Shown: positions 24,010-32,000 of the stretch, piece by piece | Layout of the letters: every line of letters begins with the position of its first letter | Numbering within the stretch: the first letter of the stretch is position 1 | Assembly: GCF_000195855.1 (NCBI RefSeq) | Contig: NC_002677.1 | Span: 1,950,001 to 1,982,000 of the forward strand | Direction: 5' to 3' | Origin: Mycobacterium leprae TN | Lineage (GTDB): Bacteria; Actinomycetota; Actinomycetes; Mycobacteriales; Mycobacteriaceae | DNA length: 32,000 nucleotides | Position numbers and translations under genes: made by a program | The notes under the pieces: generated by a model | What the model saw: only the letters and a program-made list of their open reading frames with translations | Database searches by the model: none | Told to the model about the DNA's origin: nothing

Positions 24010-25125
24010 TCAGAGGTAGCCGGTTTGGTTCACCAACCGCACCGAAGACGCGCCATCGGGATAGAACTCAGCAATGCTCAACGATCCCAAGTCAAGATGA
24101 AGCCTGTACAGGATGCCTGCCCCGGCATCCAACGCGAGCCGCAGCAGCATCTTGATCGGTGTGACGTGTGACACCACCAGCACCGTTTCGCCCTGATATT
24201 CAGCGATGATCCGTGCACGCGCCGAGCACACCCGGCCCAGCACATCATCGAAGCTTTCACCGCCCGGCGGTAACGTGGCAGTGTCGTGCAGCCAACAATG
24301 ATGCAGTTGCGGATCGCGCGCGGCGGCCTCGGCAAACGTCAACCCCTCCCAGGCGCCGAAATCGATTTCAATCAGATCATCATCAACCGTCAAGTTGGCC
24401 CCCAGCAAGTCGGCGACGGTTGCCGCGGTGTCGTAAGCCCGTTGCAATGGCGAGGAGACCACTCCGGCTATGCCGCCGCGCTGCGCAAAATACCGCGCCG
24501 CAGCTCGAGCTTGACGCCAACCCACGTTATTTAGTGCCGGGTTACCGCGTCCCGAATAGCGACGTTGCACCGACAGTTCGGTCTGGCCATGTCGCAGCAA
24601 TAACAGACGGGTGGGCGTACCTCGCGCACCCGTCCAACCTGGCGCTGTTTGCGATTCCTTCGCAACAGCTTTCGTGGACTGAGCAAGCTGCGTAGCGGCT
24701 TGGTCAACTCGGCCTTCAGCGCAAGACGCGGCATCCATCGCTTCGTTGGCCAATCGGTCAGCGCGCGAATTCCGGGTACGCGGAATCCACGTATAACTAA
24801 CACTCGCCAGCCGCGATGCTAACGTCTGGGCGTGTACGTATAACTCAATCAAGTCGGGATGCTTGACTTTCCACCGCCCCGACATCTGTTCCACGACCAG
24901 CTTAGAATCCATCAAGACCTCGGCCTCGGTGGCACCCATTTTCACAGCATCGTCCAACCCCGCTATTAGAGCACGGTATTCAGCGACGTTGTTCGTCGCT
25001 CTGCCGATTGCCTGCTTGGTCTCCGTCAGCACAGCCGAACGGTCAGCTATCCACACCACTGCGCCATATCCGGCTGGTCCGGGGTTTCCTCTCGACCCAC
25101 CGTCAGCCTCGATGATAACTTTCAC
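24010..25125 (-). CDS. Bifunctional RNase HI / histidine-phosphatase (CobC-like acid phosphatase) fusion protein (Rv2228c-like)
   Basis: The GTG start at 25125-25123 gives VKVIIEADGGSRGNPGPAGYGAVVW (RNase HI), with NNVAEYRALIAGL, DSKLVVEQM and SRADRLANEA acidic-residue blocks. The C-terminal half is phosphoglycerate-mutase-family, with LLLLRHGQTE and VLVVSHVTPIK. The track ORF extends to 25353, but that extension overlaps the upstream gene and lacks family similarity. Confidence 0.88.
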   Translation of the reverse strand: MKVIIEADGGSRGNPGPAGYGAVVWIADRSAVLTETKQAIGRATNNVAEYRALIAGLDDAVKMGATEAEVLMDSKLVVEQMSGRWKVKHPDLIELYVHAQTLASRLASVSYTWIPRTRNSRADRLANEAMDAASCAEGRVDQAATQLAQSTKAVAKESQTAPGWTGARGTPTRLLLLRHGQTELSVQRRYSGRGNPALNNVGWRQARAAARYFAQRGGIAGVVSSPLQRAYDTAATVADLLGANLTVDDDLIEIDFGAWEGLTFAEAAARDPQLHHCWLHDTATLPPGGESFDDVLGRVCSARARIIAEYQGETVLVVSHVTPIKMLLRLALDAGAGILYRLHLDLGSLSIAEFYPDGASSVRLVNQTGYL

Positions 25126-25820
25126 TGGAAAAATCCTTTGTCCAGCAACTGGATAGCTCCAGATTCCGGGTACTTCACTACTTCGTCGTCGACGTCCACC
25201 GAGATGCAAGACAGCTCTCCGCGGCCGATCTCGCTTCGACAGGCTCCGCAACGGTGTCCCTGCAATTGCCCGACACCCAACCCACCCCCAGCACACAGTC
25301 GTTCGTAAGGCGCGGAGAGAGCAGGGGCCAGTTCCGCGATCAGCACATCGCATTGTGAGGAATGCGGCTGGCCAACTTGGTCGATCTCAGCAAAGGCAAC
25401 GTCAAGAGTCTGGCGAGCACCGACCAGGTCGGTCTGCATCCTCTCGATTGCCCCTAGCTCTGCAGTCAGCTGGTCCTGCAGCTCTCCGCGGCGCTTCATA
25501 ACCTCCCGCAGGGAATCTTCCAGGCTGTTCTTACGGCGTTGCCAGGTCCCAAATTCGGGTTGCAGATCAGACAACTGCTTAGCGTCCGTTGCCCCCGAAT
25601 TGAGCAGCAACCGATCCCGGTCTTCACGCTGTCGCATCGCGTCGATCTCCGACTCGAGTAGAAACACCTGGGTATCTACGTCCTCCAACGCAATTTGCAC
25701 AGCTACCAGCCGATCATTGGCGCCGGTGCGCTCGACCCGCATCCGCTCGTAGGCCTCCCGCTGCGGTAAATAGTTGGCCCGGTGCGCGATCCGGGACAAC
25801 TCATCATCCAACTTCGACAA
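25122..25820 (-). CDS. DUF164-type coiled-coil protein with C-terminal C4 zinc-ribbon region (Rv2229c-like). The 5' end is uncertain.
   Basis: 232-aa ORF from a TTG at 25820. It is coiled-coil rich, with C-terminal GHRCGACRSEIGRGEL...VVKYPESGAIQL. Its stop TGA overlaps the GTG start of the RNase HI gene (GTGA). See the findings for the 5' frameshift and the loss of the second Cys pair. Confidence 0.75.
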   Translation of the reverse strand: MSKLDDELSRIAHRANYLPQREAYERMRVERTGANDRLVAVQIALEDVDTQVFLLESEIDAMRQREDRDRLLLNSGATDAKQLSDLQPEFGTWQRRKNSLEDSLREVMKRRGELQDQLTAELGAIERMQTDLVGARQTLDVAFAEIDQVGQPHSSQCDVLIAELAPALSAPYERLCAGGGLGVGQLQGHRCGACRSEIGRGELSCISVDVDDEVVKYPESGAIQLLDKGFFQ

Positions 25821-25865
25821 CTCCGGCCGCGAAAACGTTGTTGTTCTTGTTTACTTCGTCTTTCA

Positions 25866-27023
25866 TTACTGATCTCTCCCACTATCGCTCACATCATTCA
25901 CTCTTCTTGCGCCTAGATTCCACGGGTCAGTGCGGATAGTGCACACCCGCACCGACAGTGCTGTACCGAAATGGGATCGCAGCACGTCAGCAGCCTGACC
26001 GCACCACGGGAATTCGCTTGCCCAATGCGCGACGTCGATTAGCGCCACATTTGAAGCCCGCCGATGTTCGTCGGCTGGATGGTGCCGCAAGTCAGCCGTG
26101 ACATACGCCTGAACGTCTGCGACAGCAGCGAGACTCAGCAACGAATCCCCGGCGCCACCGCACACCGCGACCCGCGACACTAGCATGTCGGGGTCTCCCG
26201 TGGCGCGCACGCCCGAGGATGTTTGCGGCAATGCGGCGCCAACCCTGGCAACGAAAGCGCTTAGCGATTCTGGTCGCGGCAGTGTTCCAATGCGGCCCAA
26301 GCCGACATCCCCAGGCGGAGGCACCAGAGCAAAGATATCGAACGCCGGCTCTTCGTAGGGATGCGCGGCGTGCATCGCCGATAACACAGCAGCCCGTGCG
26401 CGTGCAGGTGCTACAACCTCAACCCGGTCTTCGGCCACCCGCTCGATGGCGCCGATGCTACCCACCACAGGCGACGCCCCGTCATGCGGCATGAACTGCC
26501 CGGTACCGGTTACGCTCCAGCTGCAGTGCGAGTAGTCGCCGATGTGGCCGGCACCAGCCTCAAACACCGCCGCCTGCACCGCTGCTACGTGCTCGAGTGG
26601 CACATAGATGACCCACTTGTCGAGGCTGGCCACACCGAGCAAAGGCTCAAGTACCGCGTCGACGGTGAGACCAAAGACGTGTGCTAACGCGTCTGACACA
26701 CCGGGTGATGCCGAGTCTGCGTTGGTGTGCGCGGTGAACAATGAACGCCCGGAGCGGATTAGGCGGTGTACCAACGCACCCTTCGGCGTGCTGACCGCCA
26801 CCGTGTCGACCCCGTGTAACAACAATGGATGATGAACCAGTAACAAGCCGGAATCGGGCACTTCGTCGATGACCGCCGGCGTGGCGTCGACCGCGATAGT
26901 TATCGCCTCCAGCACATCCTCGGGGTCGCCGCATACCAGACCAACCGAATCCCAAGACTGGGCAAACCGCGGCGGGTAGGCGTGATCCAAGACTTCGATA
27001 ACATCAGCCAACCGCGCACTCAT
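25866..27023 (-). CDS. NIF3-family dinuclear-metal-centre protein (GTP cyclohydrolase I type 2 homologue; Rv2230c-like)
   Basis: The ORF is open to 27095. The ATG at 27023 gives [34 protein letters not shown], a canonical NIF3 N-terminus. [12 protein letters not shown] and the C-terminal TADLRHH motif are present. Confidence 0.88.
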   Translation of the reverse strand: MSARLADVIEVLDHAYPPRFAQSWDSVGLVCGDPEDVLEAITIAVDATPAVIDEVPDSGLLLVHHPLLLHGVDTVAVSTPKGALVHRLIRSGRSLFTAHTNADSASPGVSDALAHVFGLTVDAVLEPLLGVASLDKWVIYVPLEHVAAVQAAVFEAGAGHIGDYSHCSWSVTGTGQFMPHDGASPVVGSIGAIERVAEDRVEVVAPARARAAVLSAMHAAHPYEEPAFDIFALVPPPGDVGLGRIGTLPRPESLSAFVARVGAALPQTSSGVRATGDPDMLVSRVAVCGGAGDSLLSLAAVADVQAYVTADLRHHPADEHRRASNVALIDVAHWASEFPWCGQAADVLRSHFGTALSVRVCTIRTDPWNLGARRVNDVSDSGRDQ

Positions 27024-27115
27024 CGGCACCTCCCAATATTCGCGCAGGCGATCACCTACGCAATAGCTTGGACTAGCAGCGGCCACTCCAAGCATACTGC
27101 CGGACTCAGATACCG

Positions 27116-28130
27116 CTAGCCGAGATCTAAGAATCTGTCATACAGATAAATCGTACTTCCATTGTTCTGCAAGCTCTTTCGTACTAGTTTCGCATCAGTC
27201 ATGCTGAACAATATGAACGGAGCCACACCGTCGACACCTAGCGATTCCAGACCGGCCTCCATCTCGGCGCACCAAACCGCCAACCGTGCAGCACTGACCG
27301 CGGCGTTGGCATCAGCGGCGCAACAGGCCGTGGTAATCGTCAGTTGCAATGTACCCACCGGCCAATGCCCCCGTGGGGCAGCCAACCGCGCCAGCACTTC
27401 TGGCGAGCCAAGGGCATAAGCACACCCGCAATCCCACCAACGACCACGTCCTGGTCAGACTGCGCAGTACCAGCATGTCGGGGAGCGAACCGGCGAATAC
27501 CTCCTGGACCACCAGAATCCAGCCGAGCCGGCGCAAAGCGAACAGCTGCTCACGCAGCGTACAATACCGGAGTGGACTTAGTCGGATTGCCCACCACAAC
27601 AAGATCGGCGTGCTCAGGTAAGGTCGGTCCATCCAAGGCGAACGACGGCTCGAGAATAGTATGGCACAAAGGCACTTCGGCAGCAGCCAACGCCACGGTC
27701 AGCTCGGTAAGCGAGAGCGCAACGACCGCAGCCCGCGCCAGCAATAGGTTGGGCCACAACACGAACGCTACCGCCACCTTGGCCAGCTGCAGTACCTCAT
27801 CGCGTCGCAGGCTCGGTGATAGCGGTCGGCGATCGCGTCTTAAGCTCTGGTACACATTGGCGCTACTAGGGTAGCGGGCCATACTCACTATACTCAACAG
27901 TTGCTCAGCCAGCCGTTGCACCAGCCATTGCGACGGCTGGTTAGGACGGACGTTGACGGCGAAATCCAACATGATGCGGTCATGACGGCCTGATCACCGT
28001 GATAGCGCACCGGTACGAAGTGAATTGTCGCACTGTGGTCCAGACGCGCTATCCGTGAAACAATAGTGCGAGTGCGCCACCTTGGGAGCCTGTCATGAAC
28101 ACCGTCCCACCCAGGTGCGCCCATCAAGGA
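27116..28130 (-). pseudogene. cobC: Class I/II aminotransferase-family CobC (threonine-phosphate decarboxylase-like) pseudogene
   Basis: The fragments RYHGDQAV (about 28030), LDFAVNVRPNQPSQWLVQRLAEQL...YP, ADLVVVGNPTKSTPVLY and a C-terminal [33 protein letters not shown] lie in at least three frames with intervening stops. The position upstream of the NIF3 gene matches Rv2231c. Confidence 0.75.
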
Positions 28131-28140
28131 CAATGATCAC

Positions 28141-28464
28141 GTGACAAGTACAGCTAATGGCACACCCCCCCTCCATGTGCACGGATCGTCGCTGAGTGCG
28201 GCGCCGCAGCGCGAACAAGCCGAAGACGCGATCGGAGCCTGCCGGACCGAGTACGGCACCCGAGGCTGGGCGATGAACAGCCTCTGCGATGGGATCGGTC
28301 CGCTACTGGCCGATCTACGTTCCGCCGATATCAGGCTAACCGCAGCCACCTCAACTTTAGAACTGATAGCACGGTGCGTTTTCGCCCTTGTCGGACTTGA
28401 TCCGTCCACCGGCATTATACATGCCGCGCCAGTGGACGAGCTGAGGAGGGCACCGGGTGTTTGA
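28141..28464 (+). pseudogene. HAD-superfamily remnant, possibly the ptkA (Rv2232) relic, heavily deleted
   Basis: Only about 320 nt remain. The translation PLLADLRSADIRLTAATSTLELIARCV...LVGLDPSTGIIH resembles the HAD motif II/III region, but the catalytic N-terminal DxD region is absent. The call rests mainly on position immediately upstream of ptpA. Confidence 0.4.
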
Positions 28465-28961
28465 TTTGACTGCACTGCACGTGACGTTCGTCTGTACCGG
28501 CCACATCTGCCACTCGCCGATGGACGAATAAAATGTTCGCTGACCAGCTCCGACAGTGTAGTCTGGGCGATGCAATGCTGGTGATCAGTGCAGGCACCGG
28601 CAACTCGCCTGTGAGCGATGGAGCCGACGCACGGGTCACTCGCGGGTCCTGTGCGCCCATGGCTACCCCCACCGACCAGTGTACCGCCCAAGTCAATGCC
28701 GACCACCTATTATCGGCCGATCTGGTGGTTTCCTTGAGCCGCAATCACGTTGTGATGTTGCGACAGCCAGGGATCGAAAACAGCAGGATACGAATGCTGC
28801 GATCATTCGACCCGAGCTCCGGTGCTTATGCCCTTGACGTCGAGGATCCTTACTACGGCGACCACGATGACTTCGAAGAGGTTTTCGCCGTCATCGAGAC
28901 CGCCTTGCCGGGCCTGCATGATTGGCTCGATGAGCGACTCGCGCAGAACGGACACAGTTAA
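28457..28961 (+). pseudogene. ptpA: Low-molecular-weight protein tyrosine phosphatase PtpA, inactivated
   Basis: From the GTG at 28457 the sequence reads VFDLTALHVTFVCTGHICHSPMDE, followed by TAA at 28529-28531. The rest (KMFADQLRQCSLGDAMLVISAGTGN...RMLRSFDPSSGAYALDVEDPYYGDHDDFEEVFAVIETALPGLHDWLDERL) continues in the +1 frame from 28533. The P-loop CTGNICRS of the family reads CTGHICHS, so the Cx5R arginine is His. Confidence 0.9.
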
Positions 28962-29773
28962 TGCGCCATTTGGCGTTATTATTGCGGCCAGGCTGGATCG
29001 CACTGACCTTAGTGGTTACCGCGTTCACCTACTTGTGTTTTATGGTGCTCGCACCCTGGCAGTTGGGCAAGAACACCAGGATGTCACGGGAAAACAACCA
29101 GATCGAATATTCCCTCAACACGCCGCCGGTGCCGGTGAAAACCTTACTATCGCACCAGGATTTGTCGACATCGAAATCTCAGTGGCGCCAGGTTACGGCG
29201 ACCGGGCGCTATCTGCCGGACGTCCAGGTGCTGGCCCGGTTGCGAGTGGTTGATTCAGGCCAGGCTTTCGAGGTGCTAGCACCATTCGTCGTTGACGATG
29301 GACCGACCGTCCTGGTTGATCGCGGTTACGTGCGTCCCGAACCAGGATCGCACGTGCCGCCAATCCCCCGCCCTCCCAACGAGGCCGTAAGTATCACAGC
29401 TCGGCTGCGCGACTCCGAACCGGTCATGAAAGACAAAGAACCGTTCTCCAGGGACGGCGTCCAGCAGGTGTATTCGATTAACATCGAACAGGTCGCAAGG
29501 TTGACAAAGATCCCGTTGGCCGGGTCCTATCTGCAGTTGGTCGATAACCAACCCGGCGGACTCGGTGTGATCGACATACCGCATCTCGACGCTGGGCCGT
29601 TTCTGTCCTATGGCATCCAATGGATCTCGTTTGGCATTATCGCGCCAATTGGATTGGGCTATTTAGCCTACGCAGAGATCCGCACCCACCGTCAGGAGAA
29701 GCTAGCGAAACCGTCACAGGCTCCGATGGCCGTCGAGGAAAAACTCGCAGACCGCTACGGCCACCCACGGTAA
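28961..29773 (+). CDS. SURF1-family membrane protein (Rv2235-like)
   Basis: 270-aa ORF with an N-terminal TM helix followed by APWQLGKN. It has a periplasmic beta-rich middle and a C-terminal TM (FLSYGIQWISFGIIAPIGLGYLAY), which is the typical SURF1 topology. Its ATG shares one base with the ptpA-frame TAA (TAATG). Confidence 0.75.
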   Translation: MRHLALLLRPGWIALTLVVTAFTYLCFMVLAPWQLGKNTRMSRENNQIEYSLNTPPVPVKTLLSHQDLSTSKSQWRQVTATGRYLPDVQVLARLRVVDSGQAFEVLAPFVVDDGPTVLVDRGYVRPEPGSHVPPIPRPPNEAVSITARLRDSEPVMKDKEPFSRDGVQQVYSINIEQVARLTKIPLAGSYLQLVDNQPGGLGVIDIPHLDAGPFLSYGIQWISFGIIAPIGLGYLAYAEIRTHRQEKLAKPSQAPMAVEEKLADRYGHPR

Positions 29774-29779
29774 ATCGAC

Positions 29780-30660
29780 AGCCCAATTAGTAGAGCGACC
29801 TCCGCCTGAACCGCCCGCGACAGCATCACCGCGCGACGCAAATCAGCGACATCTGCCTACGGGCCGTCATCGAGGTTAGGCCCTATCTGCAGCTCATAGT
29901 GGTACGGGTAGGCCCTCCCTGCCACACGCCAAGCGCCCCGACGAAACCCGCTTCGACAACGCTCACTTTGGGGCTGAGATGCCGGGCAGCGTCACGGCGC
30001 CGGGAACGCACCGCACCCGAAGGTGATCCGCCGACGACTAGTTCACACACCACCACCACCACCAACGCTGCGGTCGTCCGCTACGCGACGACATAGTTTA
30101 GCTACGGTCAACCAATCGCGCAGCAGCCCAGCAGAATCGGATATGTCGAGGCGAGCTGTAGCCAACCATTCAATCTAAAGTGTTGACCGCACGGTAAACC
30201 AAAACCCAGACACGCCGCCCACCGTCACCTACAGCAGCGACACCACCGCAGCGTCCGACGTGTTCTCTTCTACCGATTCGAATGCCGGACGTGTTAGGTC
30301 CGAGCTTATCCAGCCGTGCCAGAATCGCGCCCGCACAACAATGATAGCAGCCACGACATCGCCCGTGTGCACCCGGTAAGTTCCCCAATGACACCCCAAC
30401 TGGCCGTAGCGGTAGCCACGATCAACCAGGGCCGAATCTGACATATGGTGCTGCATGCAGCACCATATCCGGCAAGCCGACCACACCGGCCAACAAGCCC
30501 ACATGCATCCCACTGGCAATCCTGCTGTCGCGGTAGGTAACTTGCCCTAACTTTGCAGCCGCTTGGCCGAACATACGCGACCGTATGACCCCGTTGCGGG
30601 TCACCTATAGCACCAGATCAGCTCGGTAGCCGATCAGCACGCCGACTATACGGGCCTGCC
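29780..30660 (-). pseudogene. cobD: Cobalamin biosynthesis protein CobD (adenosylcobinamide-phosphate synthase) pseudogene
   Basis: The fragments FGQAAAKLGQVTYRDSRIASG..HVGLLAGVVGL (30422-30604) and LVYRAVNTLDSMVGYR-like (about 30150-30200) lie in different frames. They are followed by an RY..F.WAAARL-like sequence. Multiple stops occur. The gene is convergent with the SURF1-like gene, as Rv2236c is with Rv2235. Confidence 0.7.
30049..30063. repeat. Trinucleotide microsatellite (ACC)5, which is (GGT)5 on the other strand
   Basis: Direct reading gives ac-acc-acc-acc-acc-acc-aac at 30047-30066, inside the cobD pseudogene. Confidence 0.9.
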
Positions 30661-31850
30661 GTGTGAGCGCAAAAATCCTTGCGCACAAGCGACGCTAGTG
30701 TCGTGCTGCGTGCAGACGAACGCGCGGACTTCCTCGACAAACAGCTCCGGTTGTTCAAATGCGGCAAAGTGACCACCGCACGGCATGGGTTGTTCAGTGT
30801 GTGATGTGGTAGCCTGGCTCGCACCCACTCCTCGGCAGGAGCAGAATCCCCTTGGGGAAAGCCCTGATACGCGTCGGGAATTCCGCCCCGACCAGGTGTT
30901 TGGAAGGCGTCGTAGTTCTCCCCGTACAACCGGGAAGCCGAAGCGTCGGTACTGGTCACCCTATAAACCATTACCATTACGTTGTCGAAGAGCTCATCCC
31001 TGCCGAGTATGTTCTTTGAATTCTCATCGCAGTCCATCCACGCCCAAAACTTCTCGACAATCCACCCCAGTTGTGCCACCGGCGAATCAAGGAGTCCACA
31101 GCTCGATGTCTAGGTTCGGGTCGACTGCTGTTTAGAATAACCGGTTCCAGTACAACGATGCCTGGCTAGCCCAGCCAGGATCTGCTGCTCTTCAGTGGTT
31201 AGACTGATGAGCGTCTCCGCTGGGAGCCGGCCGATCGGCATGACATGTTCAGATGAATGACAAAGCAATGCAAGCGGTTAGGACCCAGCTGCATGGTAAC
31301 GGCTGCACCCCAGTCGCCGTCATGGGCACCGTAGCGGTCGTAGCCAAGGAACACCATGAGCATCTTCTAAGCCGACACGATACTTTTCAACGCCTCATCC
31401 GGTGCGGGCAGATCTGCCAGAGAAGCCGTATCCGGGCAGAGATGGACAGATAAACGTGTAATGTGTCTTCGGCGCGTCCACCGTGAGCCATCGGATCGGT
31501 CAGCGACTCAAATCACTTTGTGAAATTACCCCAGCTAGCCGTAGGTGATCAGCAACGGGAAGGCGTCCTCATGCCGGGACCGTTGATGGATGAAATGACT
31601 TTCCAGAAGGCTGATTTCGGTGATGAACTGATCCAGGTGGTTGAGCGCTGCCTCCCGAAACCGCTAGTCGTATCAGTAGGTTCAGTAGGTTGCCAAGCCG
31701 CGGGTGTAACCCAACGGCATCCCCTGGTGCCAGTCATCTACACATTCGGCCTAGGGCCATCGGGTGCGCGCTAGGCGGAAGCGTAAATCATCGAGAACAT
31801 TGATGGGAAACGGTTTCACTGACGAAAAGTCTTTGCGACCCGGTGTCGGG
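30618..31850 (-). pseudogene. Microsomal-type (EHN-domain) epoxide hydrolase, alpha/beta-hydrolase fold, pseudogene
   Basis: The minus-strand fragments are as follows. DWHQGMPLGYTRGLATY*..YD*RFREAALNHLDQFITEI...HFIHQRSRHEDAFPLLITYG is the EHN domain. SLPGYGFSG and LGYDRYGAH..GDWGA are the nucleophile region. LTTEEQQILAGL...GYSKQQSTRT and DSPVAQLGWIVEKFWAWMD follow. The C-terminus is HFAAFEQPELFVEEVRAF. These lie in at least three frames with several stops. Confidence 0.75.
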
Positions 31851-32000
31851 GACACTAATCCTCCGCTAGCTTTTGCCCGACCTCGCCCTTGGTCTGCTCT
31901 AGATTCAGTCACCCGGCTGTCCGGTGCCTAAATCAACTTGCGGACATTCTCTACCAGTATCACACATATCAGCCGCGTAGCGCATCCACTGCGACTATAG

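Noticed and set aside
25126-25353. 76-codon N-terminal extension of the RNase HI ORF (the track ORF starts at 25353)
   Set aside because: The extension overlaps the 3' end of the DUF164 gene in another frame. It is Arg/Gly-rich with no RNase H similarity. A GTG at 25125 gives the canonical RNase HI N-terminus and forms a GTGA stop/start overlap.
28137-28744. 189-aa and 109-aa minus-strand ORFs across the ptkA/ptpA region
   Set aside because: They are antisense to recognisable, though dead, HAD and LMW-PTP sequence. No motif was seen, and they overlap each other in different frames.

Overview
This window reads as Mycobacterium leprae chromosome. It carries a copy of the species-specific RLEP dispersed repeat: sequences I recall as the published RLEP diagnostic primer sites are present and give a 129-bp spacing. 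Gene order otherwise follows M. tuberculosis Rv2918c-Rv2922A and then Rv2221c-Rv2236c. About half of the gene-sized units are intact: ftsY, smc, glnE, glnA2, two tandem secreted alpha/beta-hydrolase proteases, panB, an RNase HI/phosphatase fusion, a DUF164 zinc-ribbon protein, a NIF3 protein and a SURF1-like membrane protein. The other half are recognisable pseudogenes with in-frame stops, frameshifts or deletions: glnD, glnB, amt, acyP, a WS/DGAT (tgs-like) gene, a CYTH/CHAD gene, cobC, a HAD/ptkA-like remnant, ptpA, cobD and a microsomal-type epoxide hydrolase. One RNA gene, RNase P RNA (rnpB, minus strand, about 21845-22270), lies under spurious ORFs in the track. I did not see a CRISPR array, tRNA, transposase, prophage or toxin-antitoxin/defence module. 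I cannot support a claim of a novel multi-gene system here. The interesting biology is reductive evolution: which partners of a pathway died and which survived, an RLEP copy sitting at a synteny breakpoint, and signs of ongoing decay in genes normally counted as intact. All homology calls come from reading the translations and recognising family motifs by eye. No database search was run, and pseudogene boundaries are approximate (tens of bp).
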